Source of the DNA: Chloroflexota bacterium
GTDB taxonomy: Bacteria > Chloroflexota > UBA11872
Assembly (NCBI GenBank): GCA_026707285.1
Contig: JAPOXD010000021.1
Coordinates: 2,559 to 66,558 of the forward strand
Direction: 5' to 3'
DNA: 64,000 nucleotides
Both the position numbers and the translations under genes were made by a program. Below the pieces are notes generated by a model. It did not search any database. It was not told where the DNA came from and was given only the letters and a program-made list of their open reading frames with translations. Positions 26,619 through 35,715 of this stretch are shown here, in pieces; the stretch's first letter is position 1, and each line of letters starts with the position of its first letter.

Positions 26619-28154
26619 TCACCAGGGGTTGGTGGCGTCCATCTCCCACTTGACGAGGTTCGTGACCCGGACGGGCCGATCCTCGGTGAAGAGCTTGAAT
26701 TGCTTGCTGTCGTCCCTGGTTGGGTAGACCCGCTGGACGATGCAGATCCGCGAATTGACGAACATCTCGATGACGGAGCGGTCGACGAACAGGTCGATGT
26801 CGAGTCGGCCGCCGCCCTCCAGGGTGAAGGGCACGACTTGCCGGCGGACGCCCCTGGAGTACCGCCCGGCGTCATAGCCGTAGGTCAAGCCCTGGTCTTC
26901 GCTGGCCCGCTCGAAGTCGACCACGAACTGCTGCCGCTCGGCGTCGTAGGTCACCACCGTTTCCTCCCGGCCTCCAGGCGAGCACAGCACCTTGAGCCCG
27001 AACCGAGCGGCGTCGTTGGCCTCGATGGTCAGCTCGATCTCCATACAGTCCGACGCGAAGCCCTGGACCGTCCGTTCCTCGCCCTCAGACAGGGTGACGT
27101 CGACATGCCGCCGCTCGTCGCAGCGCAAGGCGCGAAGCTCGGTGACCGGATCGATGCGGAGGCTGTTGTCGGCCGCAGGCGTGAAATGCCAGGGCAGGGT
27201 CATGACGCCGGCCCACCCATGTTTCTCCCATTGGTGCTCCCGCGCGTCCCTGATCCAGCCCCAGAAAATCCTCCGGCCCCGGTCGTCCACCAGCGTCTCG
27301 GGTCCGGCGACCAGGCTGCCCAGATGGCTCAGTTGCCCGTGGATCTCGGGGATGAACTGCTCGTGCGCGTAGCGCCCGATGTAGTACTGGGCCTTGTTGT
27401 AGGGCCAGTGGGTATGCATCAGCAGCATGTGCTTGTCGCCGAACGGAAAGAAGTTGGAGCAGGCGCAGTCCTCGACTTCCGCCGTCCACCGTCGATCGGA
27501 CTTGTAGAAGGGACCGACGTACTCCCACTGCTTGAGGTCCTTGGACTTGAAGAGGCTTGTTGAGTCTCCCTCGTAGCCGGGGCGGTGGTTCTTGTTTCCG
27601 ACGAGGGCGAAGTAGAAATCGCCCTCTTTCCAGCCGCTGGGATCGAAGATCACGCACTCCGCGAATTTGCTGGAGGACTTGGGCGGTGCGCCCTCCCGGG
27701 GCGGGTCCAGGGGTATGACGGGGTTCTCGGCCAGTGGGACCCAGTGATCCAAGTTGTCGTCGTGGCACTGGTAGATGCAGATGCCCCGCGTGGGCATGTT
27801 GGTGATGATGGCGGGCGGGTCCGTGCCCTCCATCACATCGCCGCTGTTGAAGTAGTCGCCCTTGGCGCCCGCCAGGGGCTCACGCAGCGAGGCTTTGTGG
27901 AAGCGCCAGTGGAGCAGGTCTCGGCTGCTGATGTGCTGCCAGCTCGAGAAGTAGATCTGGCCCGGCCCATTGGCGATCTTCTGCAGGTAGCCGAGGTGAT
28001 ATCGGCCCTTCCAGTAGATGGCGCCGTTGATGTCGTTCCAGCGGCCTTCCGGCGGGACGAAGTGGTACCTGGGCCGGAATTTGTCCGCGACCAGCTTCTC
28101 CCGCAGCTCGTAGGACTCCATCAGGTAGTCGTCGAAGTCGCTCATCAGGTACAC
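26619..28154 (-). CDS. glycoside hydrolase family 32-like (beta-fructofuranosidase/levanase-type five-bladed propeller plus beta-sandwich)
   Basis: N-terminal YHFVPPEGRWNDINGAIYWKGRYHLGYL resembles the GH32 YHF.P..WMNDPNG catalytic block; WIRDARE ~ RDP region; no signal peptide. Confidence 0.6.
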   Translation of the reverse strand: MYLMSDFDDYLMESYELREKLVADKFRPRYHFVPPEGRWNDINGAIYWKGRYHLGYLQKIANGPGQIYFSSWQHISSRDLLHWRFHKASLREPLAGAKGDYFNSGDVMEGTDPPAIITNMPTRGICIYQCHDDNLDHWVPLAENPVIPLDPPREGAPPKSSSKFAECVIFDPSGWKEGDFYFALVGNKNHRPGYEGDSTSLFKSKDLKQWEYVGPFYKSDRRWTAEVEDCACSNFFPFGDKHMLLMHTHWPYNKAQYYIGRYAHEQFIPEIHGQLSHLGSLVAGPETLVDDRGRRIFWGWIRDAREHQWEKHGWAGVMTLPWHFTPAADNSLRIDPVTELRALRCDERRHVDVTLSEGEERTVQGFASDCMEIELTIEANDAARFGLKVLCSPGGREETVVTYDAERQQFVVDFERASEDQGLTYGYDAGRYSRGVRRQVVPFTLEGGGRLDIDLFVDRSVIEMFVNSRICIVQRVYPTRDDSKQFKLFTEDRPVRVTNLVKWEMDATNPW

Positions 28155-28339
28155 ACCATGCGATATAGCCGACGAACGCTGCGGCCGGCGTGGTTGGCCG
28201 TTATAGCGCCTCGGCCGGCTGTGCCGACCGGTGGGGCCGCCGGCGCCCGATCACCACCGGCCGCGCCGCGATAGTCCCCGACCCCGGCCGCGCGACGCGC
28301 GGCCGGGGTCGGAAGTGGACCGTGTGCGCTAGACCGGCG

Positions 28340-28846
28340 CTACATCATGTCCATCGACATGTCGCTCATCTTGTTGAGCTCGTCCTCCGAGGTCCCCACG
28401 CCGTAAATCACACCCTCGTCGGTGCCGGCCAGGAACTCGGCCTCGGTGCCGCGACTGATCACGTCAACCGCGATGCGGTGCGACAGACCCATGCCCATGT
28501 CGTCGTCCATGCTCATGTCGTCGTCCATCGACATGTCGTCGTCCATGGACATGTCATCGCCCATCATGGCCATGCCCGCAGCGATTCGAGCTTCGGCCAC
28601 GGCGACGATGCGGTCGTAGTACATGTTGTCGGTCGGGGAGTCCATCATCATCATCGCGTCGAGCTCGGCGTTGTGATCGTGGATCCACTGACCCGCGGCG
28701 TCATCGCCGTAGATCGCGCGGTAGGTCGCCTGCACATCCGCCGACTGGTCTTCGAGCCGCTGGCCATCCTTTGCGGCCGGATGCATATCCGCCAGTGCCG
28801 GCGACAAGGTGGCGAGGACCAATGCACTGACGACGACCAAGAGCAT
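28340..28846 (-). CDS. secreted Met/Asp-rich low-complexity protein (MrpX-like candidate oxidant sink or metal-binding protein)
   Basis: signal peptide MLLVVVSALVLATLSPALA|DM; mature region contains MMMMDSPTDNMYY..MAMMGDDMSMDDDMSMDDDMSMDDDMGMG..KMSDMSMDMM. Confidence 0.55.
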   Translation of the reverse strand: MLLVVVSALVLATLSPALADMHPAAKDGQRLEDQSADVQATYRAIYGDDAAGQWIHDHNAELDAMMMMDSPTDNMYYDRIVAVAEARIAAGMAMMGDDMSMDDDMSMDDDMSMDDDMGMGLSHRIAVDVISRGTEAEFLAGTDEGVIYGVGTSEDELNKMSDMSMDMM

Positions 28847-29221
28847 CAGCGCGCGCCACGGCGCGGGCACGGAACTGGTACGAATCAATGGAGCAAGCCT
28901 TTCTCCGGTTTCATCCGCCACCGTGGCGGGTGAGAAGGGACCATTAGTTTTCTACAGGGTCAAGAGACCGTCAAACCTGACGCGCGGACCGTGCAAAGAC
29001 TTACCGAAATGGGCTCGAATCGCTCGAATACACCATAAAATGACGTGGGGCTGAGAGGTCGCTTGCGGCGGCTGTGCATAAATTCGAAGGGCGGCGCCGT
29101 GCATCGACCCGGCGATGGGAAGCAGGGCAAGTTCTGCCCCGAACATGCGGCGCACTCGGCATCCGAGCCAACCGCATGCACGTATAGGTGGTTGGGAGCG
29201 CTGTGCGCCTAGGAGATACGG

Positions 29222-31369
29222 ATGGCTGACGAGATCGCCCGGCGGCTGGCCCGCACATTGAAGTCGTGGGCGCCCGCCGGCCTGGCGGGGGTCTTGTCCG
29301 GACTGCTGGCCGTGGGCGTGAGCGAGCTCTACGCCGGGATTTTCGGTGGTCTGCCATCGCTGCTCGTCTCCATCAGCGGCCGGATCGTCGACCTGAGTCC
29401 GCGGGCCATGGAAGAGTTCGCGATCAGCGTGTTCGGCACCAGCGACAAGCTGGCGCTCGTCATCTTCCTCGTGGTGCTCACCGCAATCTTCAGCGCCACG
29501 CTCGGCGTCGTGGCCCTGCGGTCTCGACCGGTGGCGGTGGCGGGCTTTGTGGCGTTCGGAGTCCTGGCAGGTCTGGCAAACGCCTTCGACGCCCAGTCAA
29601 CACCGGCCCATACCGCGGCGGCGGCGGCGATTTCGGTGGGGCTGCCGGTGGCGGCGCTCTTGTGGCTCATCCGCCTAATCCGGGAGCCCACGACGGCCAC
29701 GGTAGCGATGTCGGCGAGCCGGATGCGGCGACAGCGACGGCTCTTTCTTGGTACGGCCACGGTGGTTGCAGCGGCCTCGGTCGCGACCGGCATCGTTGGG
29801 CGCAATCTGATCGAGCGCGCCAAGGTCGTCGTGGCCAAGCGCGAGGATGTGGTGCTGCCGCCGGTGAGCGACCGCGCGGCGGTGACGCTGCCGGGGCCGG
29901 CGCCGACGATCACCGTCGCGGAGGCGCTCGCGCCCACGCCAACCCCCGAGCCCACGCCCACCCCCGCACCCGAGCCGACATCGACTCCTACACCCGAGCC
30001 GACACCCACTCCGACGCGGGAGCCCACGCCCACTCCAACGCCCGAACCCACCCCAACCGCCACGCCCGAGCCCACCTCGACGCCCACGCCGACGCCAACC
30101 CCCGAACCGACGCCGACGCCCACACCCGAGCCCACGCCAACTCCTACGCCCGAGCCCACGCCCGCAACCGTGGCCCGCGCGGAGCAGGCAGCCGCGTCGC
30201 AGGCAACCCCGACGCCCACACCCGAGCCGACACCCACTCCGACACCGGAGCCCACGGCCACGCCGACTCCAGAGCCAACGCCAACGCCTACGCCGGAGCC
30301 GACTCCCACCCCCACGCCGGAGCCCACGCCGGAGCCCACGCCCACGCCCACGCCCGAGCCAACCCCGACTCCCACGCCGGAGCCAACCCCGACTCCCACG
30401 CCGGAGCCGACGCCCACACCTACGCCGCCCCCCACGCCCGCGCCAGTTCAGCCGCTGACAACGACGACGGTTCCCGTGGACGGGATGACGCCGCTGGTCA
30501 CGCCGAACAACGACTTCTACCGGATTGACACCGCGTTCTCGATTCCACGCGTCGACGTCAACACCTGGCGGCTCAGCATTGGGGGCCTGGTCGAGCGTCC
30601 GTACAGCATTTCCTTCGACGAGTTGCTAGGGCTCTCGACGTTCGAGGAGTTCATCACGCTGTGCTGCGTCTCCAACCAGGTGGGCGGAAACCTGATCGGC
30701 AATGCCAAGTGGCAGGGCGTGCCGATTTGGCACCTGATCAACCACGCCGGGGTGAAGCCGGAAGCCACCCAGATCGTCGGACGGTCGGTTGACGGCTTCA
30801 CGGTCGGATTTCCGCGCGACGTGGCATTCGATGGACGTCCGGCGCTGGTGGCCGTGGGAATGAATGGCGAAGCGCTGCCGTTCAAGCATGGCTTTCCGGC
30901 GCGTCTCATCGTGTCGGGCCTCTACGGCTACGTCTCGGCCACGAAATGGCTGCAGGAGATCGAGCTCACCACCTGGGAAGGGTTCGACGGCTACTGGATC
31001 CCGCGAGGCTGGTCCAAGCGCGGTCCCGTCAAGCTGCAATCCCGGATCGACGTTCCCAGGCGCTCAGCGACGATAAGCCCCGGCCGGCAACCCATCGCCG
31101 GTGTGGCGTGGGCGCAGAACCGCGGCATCAGCAAGGTGGAGGTGCAGATTGACGGCGGCGACTGGAACGAAGCCAGGCTCGCCCTGCCGATCAGCAAGCA
31201 CACCTGGGTGCAGTGGGTGCACGAGTGGGACGCCACCCCCGGCTCGCACGTTGTCCGGGTGCGCGCCACCGAGGCCAACGGCGAAGTGCAACCCGAGGCT
31301 CCGAGGCCGCCGGCGCCGAACGGCGCCGAGGGCTGGCATCAAATCAGGTTCAACGTCTCCGACTCATAG
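29222..31369 (+). CDS. membrane-anchored molybdopterin-dependent oxidoreductase, sulfite oxidase / MsrP(YedY) family, with long Pro-Thr-Glu linker
   Basis: N-terminal ~5 TM helices; (PTPEPT)n linker; C-terminal Oxidored_molyb pattern ..[14 protein letters not shown]...SFDEL......E...TL.CVSN.VGG...GNA.W.GV......L..AG.... plus Mo-co dimerisation-like tail. Confidence 0.7.
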   Translation: MADEIARRLARTLKSWAPAGLAGVLSGLLAVGVSELYAGIFGGLPSLLVSISGRIVDLSPRAMEEFAISVFGTSDKLALVIFLVVLTAIFSATLGVVALRSRPVAVAGFVAFGVLAGLANAFDAQSTPAHTAAAAAISVGLPVAALLWLIRLIREPTTATVAMSASRMRRQRRLFLGTATVVAAASVATGIVGRNLIERAKVVVAKREDVVLPPVSDRAAVTLPGPAPTITVAEALAPTPTPEPTPTPAPEPTSTPTPEPTPTPTREPTPTPTPEPTPTATPEPTSTPTPTPTPEPTPTPTPEPTPTPTPEPTPATVARAEQAAASQATPTPTPEPTPTPTPEPTATPTPEPTPTPTPEPTPTPTPEPTPEPTPTPTPEPTPTPTPEPTPTPTPEPTPTPTPPPTPAPVQPLTTTTVPVDGMTPLVTPNNDFYRIDTAFSIPRVDVNTWRLSIGGLVERPYSISFDELLGLSTFEEFITLCCVSNQVGGNLIGNAKWQGVPIWHLINHAGVKPEATQIVGRSVDGFTVGFPRDVAFDGRPALVAVGMNGEALPFKHGFPARLIVSGLYGYVSATKWLQEIELTTWEGFDGYWIPRGWSKRGPVKLQSRIDVPRRSATISPGRQPIAGVAWAQNRGISKVEVQIDGGDWNEARLALPISKHTWVQWVHEWDATPGSHVVRVRATEANGEVQPEAPRPPAPNGAEGWHQIRFNVSDS
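29930..30450 (+). repeat. coding tandem repeat (18-24 nt units encoding PTPEPT / TPTPEPT), low-complexity linker
   Basis: ~25 iterations of cccacgcccgagcccacgcccact-like units; purely Pro/Thr/Glu/Ala translation. Confidence 0.8.
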
Positions 31370-31449
31370 CCGCCGCCGAATGAAGCACGTCGGGGCCGCT
31401 CGTCTTACCGCTCTCACGCGCACTGGCGCCAAGGCGCCGCGCGGAGGAA

Positions 31450-33048
31450 CTACGACGGGCCAGGCTGGTCGGCAGACTCCATCCGATAGCTGACGAGCAT
31501 CTCGACACTGGCGAGCGCCAGTTGGCAATCGACCATGGGGTTGCGCCCGATCAACTTCACGCGCAGCCGGTTCCAGCCCTGTCGCGCAAGGGGCGGGGAC
31601 ACGTCGAAGTCGAGCCAGGTGTCGTTGTAGAGCTGGCGCGCGCGGGCCTGGGACGTGTCGAGGCTGTGGCCGTTGAGGTCGAATTGAAGCTCGTCGGGCG
31701 CCGTGAGCTGCTCGATGAGCAGGCGCAAGGTGACCGACTCGAGCGCCCCGTCCTTCGCGGCTGCGTCGAGATCGTCCGCGACGTCGACCGAAACCTCCAC
31801 CTCGTCTCCGGGCTTCTCGAGCGTCGCCGGCAGTGGCCCCTCGCCCCATTCCCGCTGATCCACCAGGTAGTGCTTGTCCTTGCGCGCGATGAGGTCCGGG
31901 TCGGCCATCTCCTTCCAGGGCTGGCGGTCGTAGTCAAGATCGCGGGTGAAGGGGATGAGGTGGTTGTTGAAGAGGTAGATGCCATCGGCGCCGGCCCGCC
32001 AGTGGGCTGCGGCCACGGCTCGGCACATTTCCGTGGAGTAGTAGTTGCGCTCGTTCCACAGCATCGCCGCCGAAAACGATCGGTTCTGGCCGAACAACCC
32101 GAGGTTTTGCGCGATGACCTGCACGCCGGTACCCCGCGCGGCCTCGACATACCCCTCAACGGGAAGCCGGTGCCTGTTGCCCATGGCTTGGCCGACGACG
32201 AGGATATCGAGCAAGCCTTCGGCCAGCCACGCGCGCACGTCGATTCCCGCGGTCATGGCCTGGTCCAGCGAGCCTGGGATCCGGGCGGAGAAATAGACGG
32301 GTCGTCCGACCTGCCGGCGCTTGGCGTCGAGGGCGGCCTTGAGTTCGCGCATCAAATCGGTGAGCAGTACCGCGCCGGCCTGCTCCTCGCCGTCGCGGAA
32401 CAGCCTGGGGTAGCGGCAGAAATCCCAGTCAAGGCCGTCCAGGTCGTAGTTGGCGATGGCCTCCCGGGCCAGGGCCAGCTTGTAGTCCCGCACCTCCGGC
32501 ACGGCGAAGTCGTAGGCCGTCTTGGCCCGCTGTTGAACCCCGGCGTAGGGCCGATCGACCGCGCGCTCGGGAGCATCCTGCCCGAGAAGCCAGTCGGGAT
32601 GGGCGCGTTTCATGGGCGACATCAGCGGATCGTCCAGCCCACCGGGGAGCCTGAGGTCGTGCACGTCGTTGACGCGCATCGAGAGGAACACTTCCAGCCC
32701 GGCTCGGTGACCGTGCTCGATGACGACCGCGGCGGGATCCGCCCCCGCCTCGGTCATTTGCCGGGCGTTCTCGTAGATGCGCCAGTTGGAGGCGGTCGTG
32801 AACGGCGACCCGTCCTGTCCCCAGCGCGGACCCACCGCGGTGTCATGGCTGTAGTGGTCGGACAGGCGATGGGTCGGCGTGCCGAGGTAGGGATCGGTGC
32901 CAAGCTGCCAATAGATGGTGTCGACCTGGGTGCCGCGGAGGGGGTCGATCGCGAGCCGGGCCAGCCCTTCGGCGCCAATCGGCGCCTCCATGGTCGGAGC
33001 GACCAGCGTTCCACCGTCGTTACAAAGGATCAGTCGGTGCGGCTTCAT
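31450..33048 (-). CDS. uncharacterised TIM-barrel glycoside-hydrolase-like protein (distant paralog of 16023 and 17976) with C-terminal beta-rich extension
   Basis: shared blocks DTIYWQLGTDPY (cf. RMYWEAGEGD), EHGHRAGLEVFLSMRVNDVHD (cf. EHCHDAGLEIHASYRVAGF); start at MKPHRLILCNDGG (33048); the ORF upstream to 33678 is probably untranslated. Confidence 0.45.
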   Translation of the reverse strand: MKPHRLILCNDGGTLVAPTMEAPIGAEGLARLAIDPLRGTQVDTIYWQLGTDPYLGTPTHRLSDHYSHDTAVGPRWGQDGSPFTTASNWRIYENARQMTEAGADPAAVVIEHGHRAGLEVFLSMRVNDVHDLRLPGGLDDPLMSPMKRAHPDWLLGQDAPERAVDRPYAGVQQRAKTAYDFAVPEVRDYKLALAREAIANYDLDGLDWDFCRYPRLFRDGEEQAGAVLLTDLMRELKAALDAKRRQVGRPVYFSARIPGSLDQAMTAGIDVRAWLAEGLLDILVVGQAMGNRHRLPVEGYVEAARGTGVQVIAQNLGLFGQNRSFSAAMLWNERNYYSTEMCRAVAAAHWRAGADGIYLFNNHLIPFTRDLDYDRQPWKEMADPDLIARKDKHYLVDQREWGEGPLPATLEKPGDEVEVSVDVADDLDAAAKDGALESVTLRLLIEQLTAPDELQFDLNGHSLDTSQARARQLYNDTWLDFDVSPPLARQGWNRLRVKLIGRNPMVDCQLALASVEMLVSYRMESADQPGPS

Positions 33049-33231
33049 CCCGCCATGCGCTCCGTTTCCGCACGAGCGAAACCCGACGGTCCCGCGCCCA
33101 TAGGGTAAGGGCCGAAACGGAGATTCCGCATCGGGCCTCATTGGGCGGCCACGACCTACTTGCGGCCAGGCTCCCAGACCTCGACTACGCTGCGGACCGT
33201 CTCTCCGCACGCGAACGGCCGGTGAGAGCCC

Positions 33232-33873
33232 ATGAAGTTCGATGTCGTCCAGCACCTCGGTGCGATGGAGCGCTCGGTGTCTTTGCTGGATCGCGATGGA
33301 CTGCCCGCCAGCGCGGTCAGGCTGGCCCGCAGTTACGAGACGACGCTGGAGGACCTGTGGGACGCCACGACGAACGTCGACCGCATTCCGCGTTGGTTCG
33401 CTCCGGTGAGCGGAGAGCTCCGGCTTGGCGGACGCTATCAGGTGGCAGGCAACGCCGGAGGCGAGATCACGGCGTGCGAACGACATTCGCACTACGCGCT
33501 CACGTGGGTGTTTGGCGAGTGGGTGAGCTGGGTGGACGTGCGCGTGGCGGATGAAGGGTCGGGCCGCGCGCGGCTCGCGCTCACGCACACGGCGCATCTG
33601 TCGGAACACTGGGACACTTACGGGCCGGGAGCGGCGGGCGTCGGTTGGGAAATGGGTTTCCTGGGGCTCGCGCTGCATCTCGCGGAGCCCGACTGGCTGA
33701 AGCCCGACGAGATGGAGTTCGCCGCCTCGGCGGATGGCAAGGCGTTCATCGCCGGCAGTAGCGAGGGCTGGCGACGAGCGTCGGTGGCGGCCGGTACGGA
33801 CCCCGAAGCCGCGGCTGCGGCAGCGCGGCAGACGACCGCGTTCTACTCCGGGGAGGAGCCCGAGCCCATGTGA
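33232..33873 (+). CDS. SRPBCC-superfamily protein (AHSA1/START-like)
   Basis: ..SYETTLEDLWDATTNVDRIPRWFAPVSGELRLGGRYQ..GEITACE.HSHYALTW.. pattern of activator-of-Hsp90-ATPase-homolog / polyketide-cyclase-like proteins. Confidence 0.65.
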   Translation: MKFDVVQHLGAMERSVSLLDRDGLPASAVRLARSYETTLEDLWDATTNVDRIPRWFAPVSGELRLGGRYQVAGNAGGEITACERHSHYALTWVFGEWVSWVDVRVADEGSGRARLALTHTAHLSEHWDTYGPGAAGVGWEMGFLGLALHLAEPDWLKPDEMEFAASADGKAFIAGSSEGWRRASVAAGTDPEAAAAAARQTTAFYSGEEPEPM

Positions 33874-33914
33874 GGCCGAGGCCTCCCGACGTTACTTGAG
33901 GCCGGGCCTCTCGC

Positions 33915-34340
33915 TCAGCGCGGCGGACAGGCCGACCACTCGAGAAATGACATCTCTCCTCGCTCCCTCTGCTTGCGCCTCAACTCGGCGATCTCCTCGT
34001 CGGTCAGTCGCTCCTCAGCCGTCGACACCGTCTCTGCGATGAGCTCGAGCTTCAGCTCCCGTTCGGTCAGCCATTCCCAGCGATCGACATTCACCGGGTG
34101 CGGATGCGGGTAAACATCGTCAGGACCGATCTCTTCGGCCACCAGGTAGAGAAACCCCGGCGCCGCTCCGTCATGCCGAATCCGGGCTGTGCTGGACCAT
34201 GAGACGTGTGACGGTTGGTGGGAGAATGCCTTCGCGACATTCTTGTCTTTGGTGATCGAGCTTCCGGTTCTGAGCGTGGTCAGCATTTGATCGGATCCGT
34301 GATACCAGGGGCCACTATAGTCGTATTTGCTATCTATCAT
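33915..34340 (-). CDS. hypothetical protein
   Basis: 141-aa ORF with ATG, followed upstream by an AT-rich divergent promoter region; no family recognised. Confidence 0.35.
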   Translation of the reverse strand: MIDSKYDYSGPWYHGSDQMLTTLRTGSSITKDKNVAKAFSHQPSHVSWSSTARIRHDGAAPGFLYLVAEEIGPDDVYPHPHPVNVDRWEWLTERELKLELIAETVSTAEERLTDEEIAELRRKQRERGEMSFLEWSACPPR

Positions 34341-34550
34341 ATCTTCTAGACCTTATGAACATTTATTCTCTTATATCGGAGTTGTTCGTTGCCAATGAGT
34401 CACGAATCAAGTAGCGCACAATGTTGCGCCTTCCATAATCAATCCATGCGTGTAGTGTTATAAGATACCAGTTGGAGGTTAGGCCAACGAATCTCGATCC
34501 AATTTCAAACCGTGCTAGAGTGCGAGCGGCTCATCGCAGAGTCTTGACAG

Positions 34551-35627
34551 TTGGCGACCCGACGTAGGCGGATCGAGAACGCTCCCTTGCCCTCCCCATT
34601 TCCCGAGGGCTGGTATTTCATCGCCAGCCGGGCGGACCTAGTCAAGTCCAGACTCATCCAGCGGACGTGGATGGGCGAGAACATTGTCGCCTGGTGTGAC
34701 GCCGACGGGCGCGTCTGCGTCGCCGAGGCCTTTTGCCCGCACCTGGGAGCCGACCTGGGGCCCGAAGCCGGAGGCCGGATCTGCGACGGCCGGCTCGTGT
34801 GTCCGTTCCACGGCTATGAGTTCGACGCCGGCGGCCAGTGCGTCGCCACACCCTATGCCGATCCACCCAAGACCGCGAAACTGCGGGTCTTCGAGACGCA
34901 GGAAGTGATCGGCCTGGTCTTCGCCTGGTGGGGGATCGAGGGACGGGCGCCGCAATGGAGTCTGCCGCCGTACCCGCGGGAGGAGCCCGGCTGGACCAAT
35001 TTCAAGATCAGGACCCTGCGCTTCGCCGGCCACCCCCAGGAGACGACGGAGAACTCCGTGGACCTGGGCCACCTGCGGTACGTCCACGGCTATGACAACG
35101 TCGACCGGGTCGAGCGGTTGTCGGTCGACGGGCCCTGTCTGAAGAGCGACTTCGACTTCAAGCGGGTTCGGACGATTGCCAAGGTCGCCAAGCTGACGTT
35201 CGACATCACCGCCAAAACTCGGATCTTCGGGCTGGGGTATTCGTACGTGAAGATTCGCGAGCACTCCATCGGGATGGATTTACGGTTTTGGGTGCTGTCG
35301 ACGCCGGTCGACGGCACGCTGATCGACATGTCGTTGGTCTCGCAGATGCGGGAGATACGCAGACCGAAGCGCCGGATTGCCGGTCTGGGGTTTCTCCCGG
35401 TGAAGCTTCGCGCGCCCCTGATGAACAGATTCATCGCGGCCATGCAAAACCGGGATGTCTTGCAGGACGTGGTCATCTGGGAGCGCAAGCAGCATCGCTC
35501 CCTGCCCCGCCTGTGTCGTTCGGACGGTGAGATCATGCCGTTTCGAACGTACTGTGCGCAGTTCTATTCCGACTCGCCTGAGGTTACGACTTCACTCCCC
35601 AAGCAATCCGGCGAAACCCTACAATGA
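34551..35627 (+). CDS. Rieske [2Fe-2S] non-heme-iron oxygenase, KshA/SdmA/Neverland-like architecture
   Basis: Rieske motif CPHLGADL..(17 aa)..CPFHGYEF; mononuclear iron motif DLGHLRYVHGYD (D-x2-H-x4-H); ~358 aa single-subunit type. Confidence 0.8.
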   Translation: MATRRRRIENAPLPSPFPEGWYFIASRADLVKSRLIQRTWMGENIVAWCDADGRVCVAEAFCPHLGADLGPEAGGRICDGRLVCPFHGYEFDAGGQCVATPYADPPKTAKLRVFETQEVIGLVFAWWGIEGRAPQWSLPPYPREEPGWTNFKIRTLRFAGHPQETTENSVDLGHLRYVHGYDNVDRVERLSVDGPCLKSDFDFKRVRTIAKVAKLTFDITAKTRIFGLGYSYVKIREHSIGMDLRFWVLSTPVDGTLIDMSLVSQMREIRRPKRRIAGLGFLPVKLRAPLMNRFIAAMQNRDVLQDVVIWERKQHRSLPRLCRSDGEIMPFRTYCAQFYSDSPEVTTSLPKQSGETLQ

Positions 35628-35715
35628 CCGGCCAAATTGGCCCTGACTCCCAGGTACCGAATCGGGACGCCATGCGCAACGCTTCCCGAACCAAATCGAG
35701 ATTGAAGGGCAGGCA

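Noticed and set aside
28952-29222. Possible Moco riboswitch upstream of the molybdoenzyme gene
   Set aside because: The leader shows no recognisable Moco-RNA conserved blocks by eye. A covariance-model scan is needed, and a riboswitch is not claimed.
29930-30450. Regular short tandem repeats that could be mistaken for a CRISPR array
   Set aside because: The units are 18-24 nt with no spacer alternation and are fully coding, forming a (PTPEPT)n linker inside an ORF with strong domain homology on both sides. There are no cas genes in the window.
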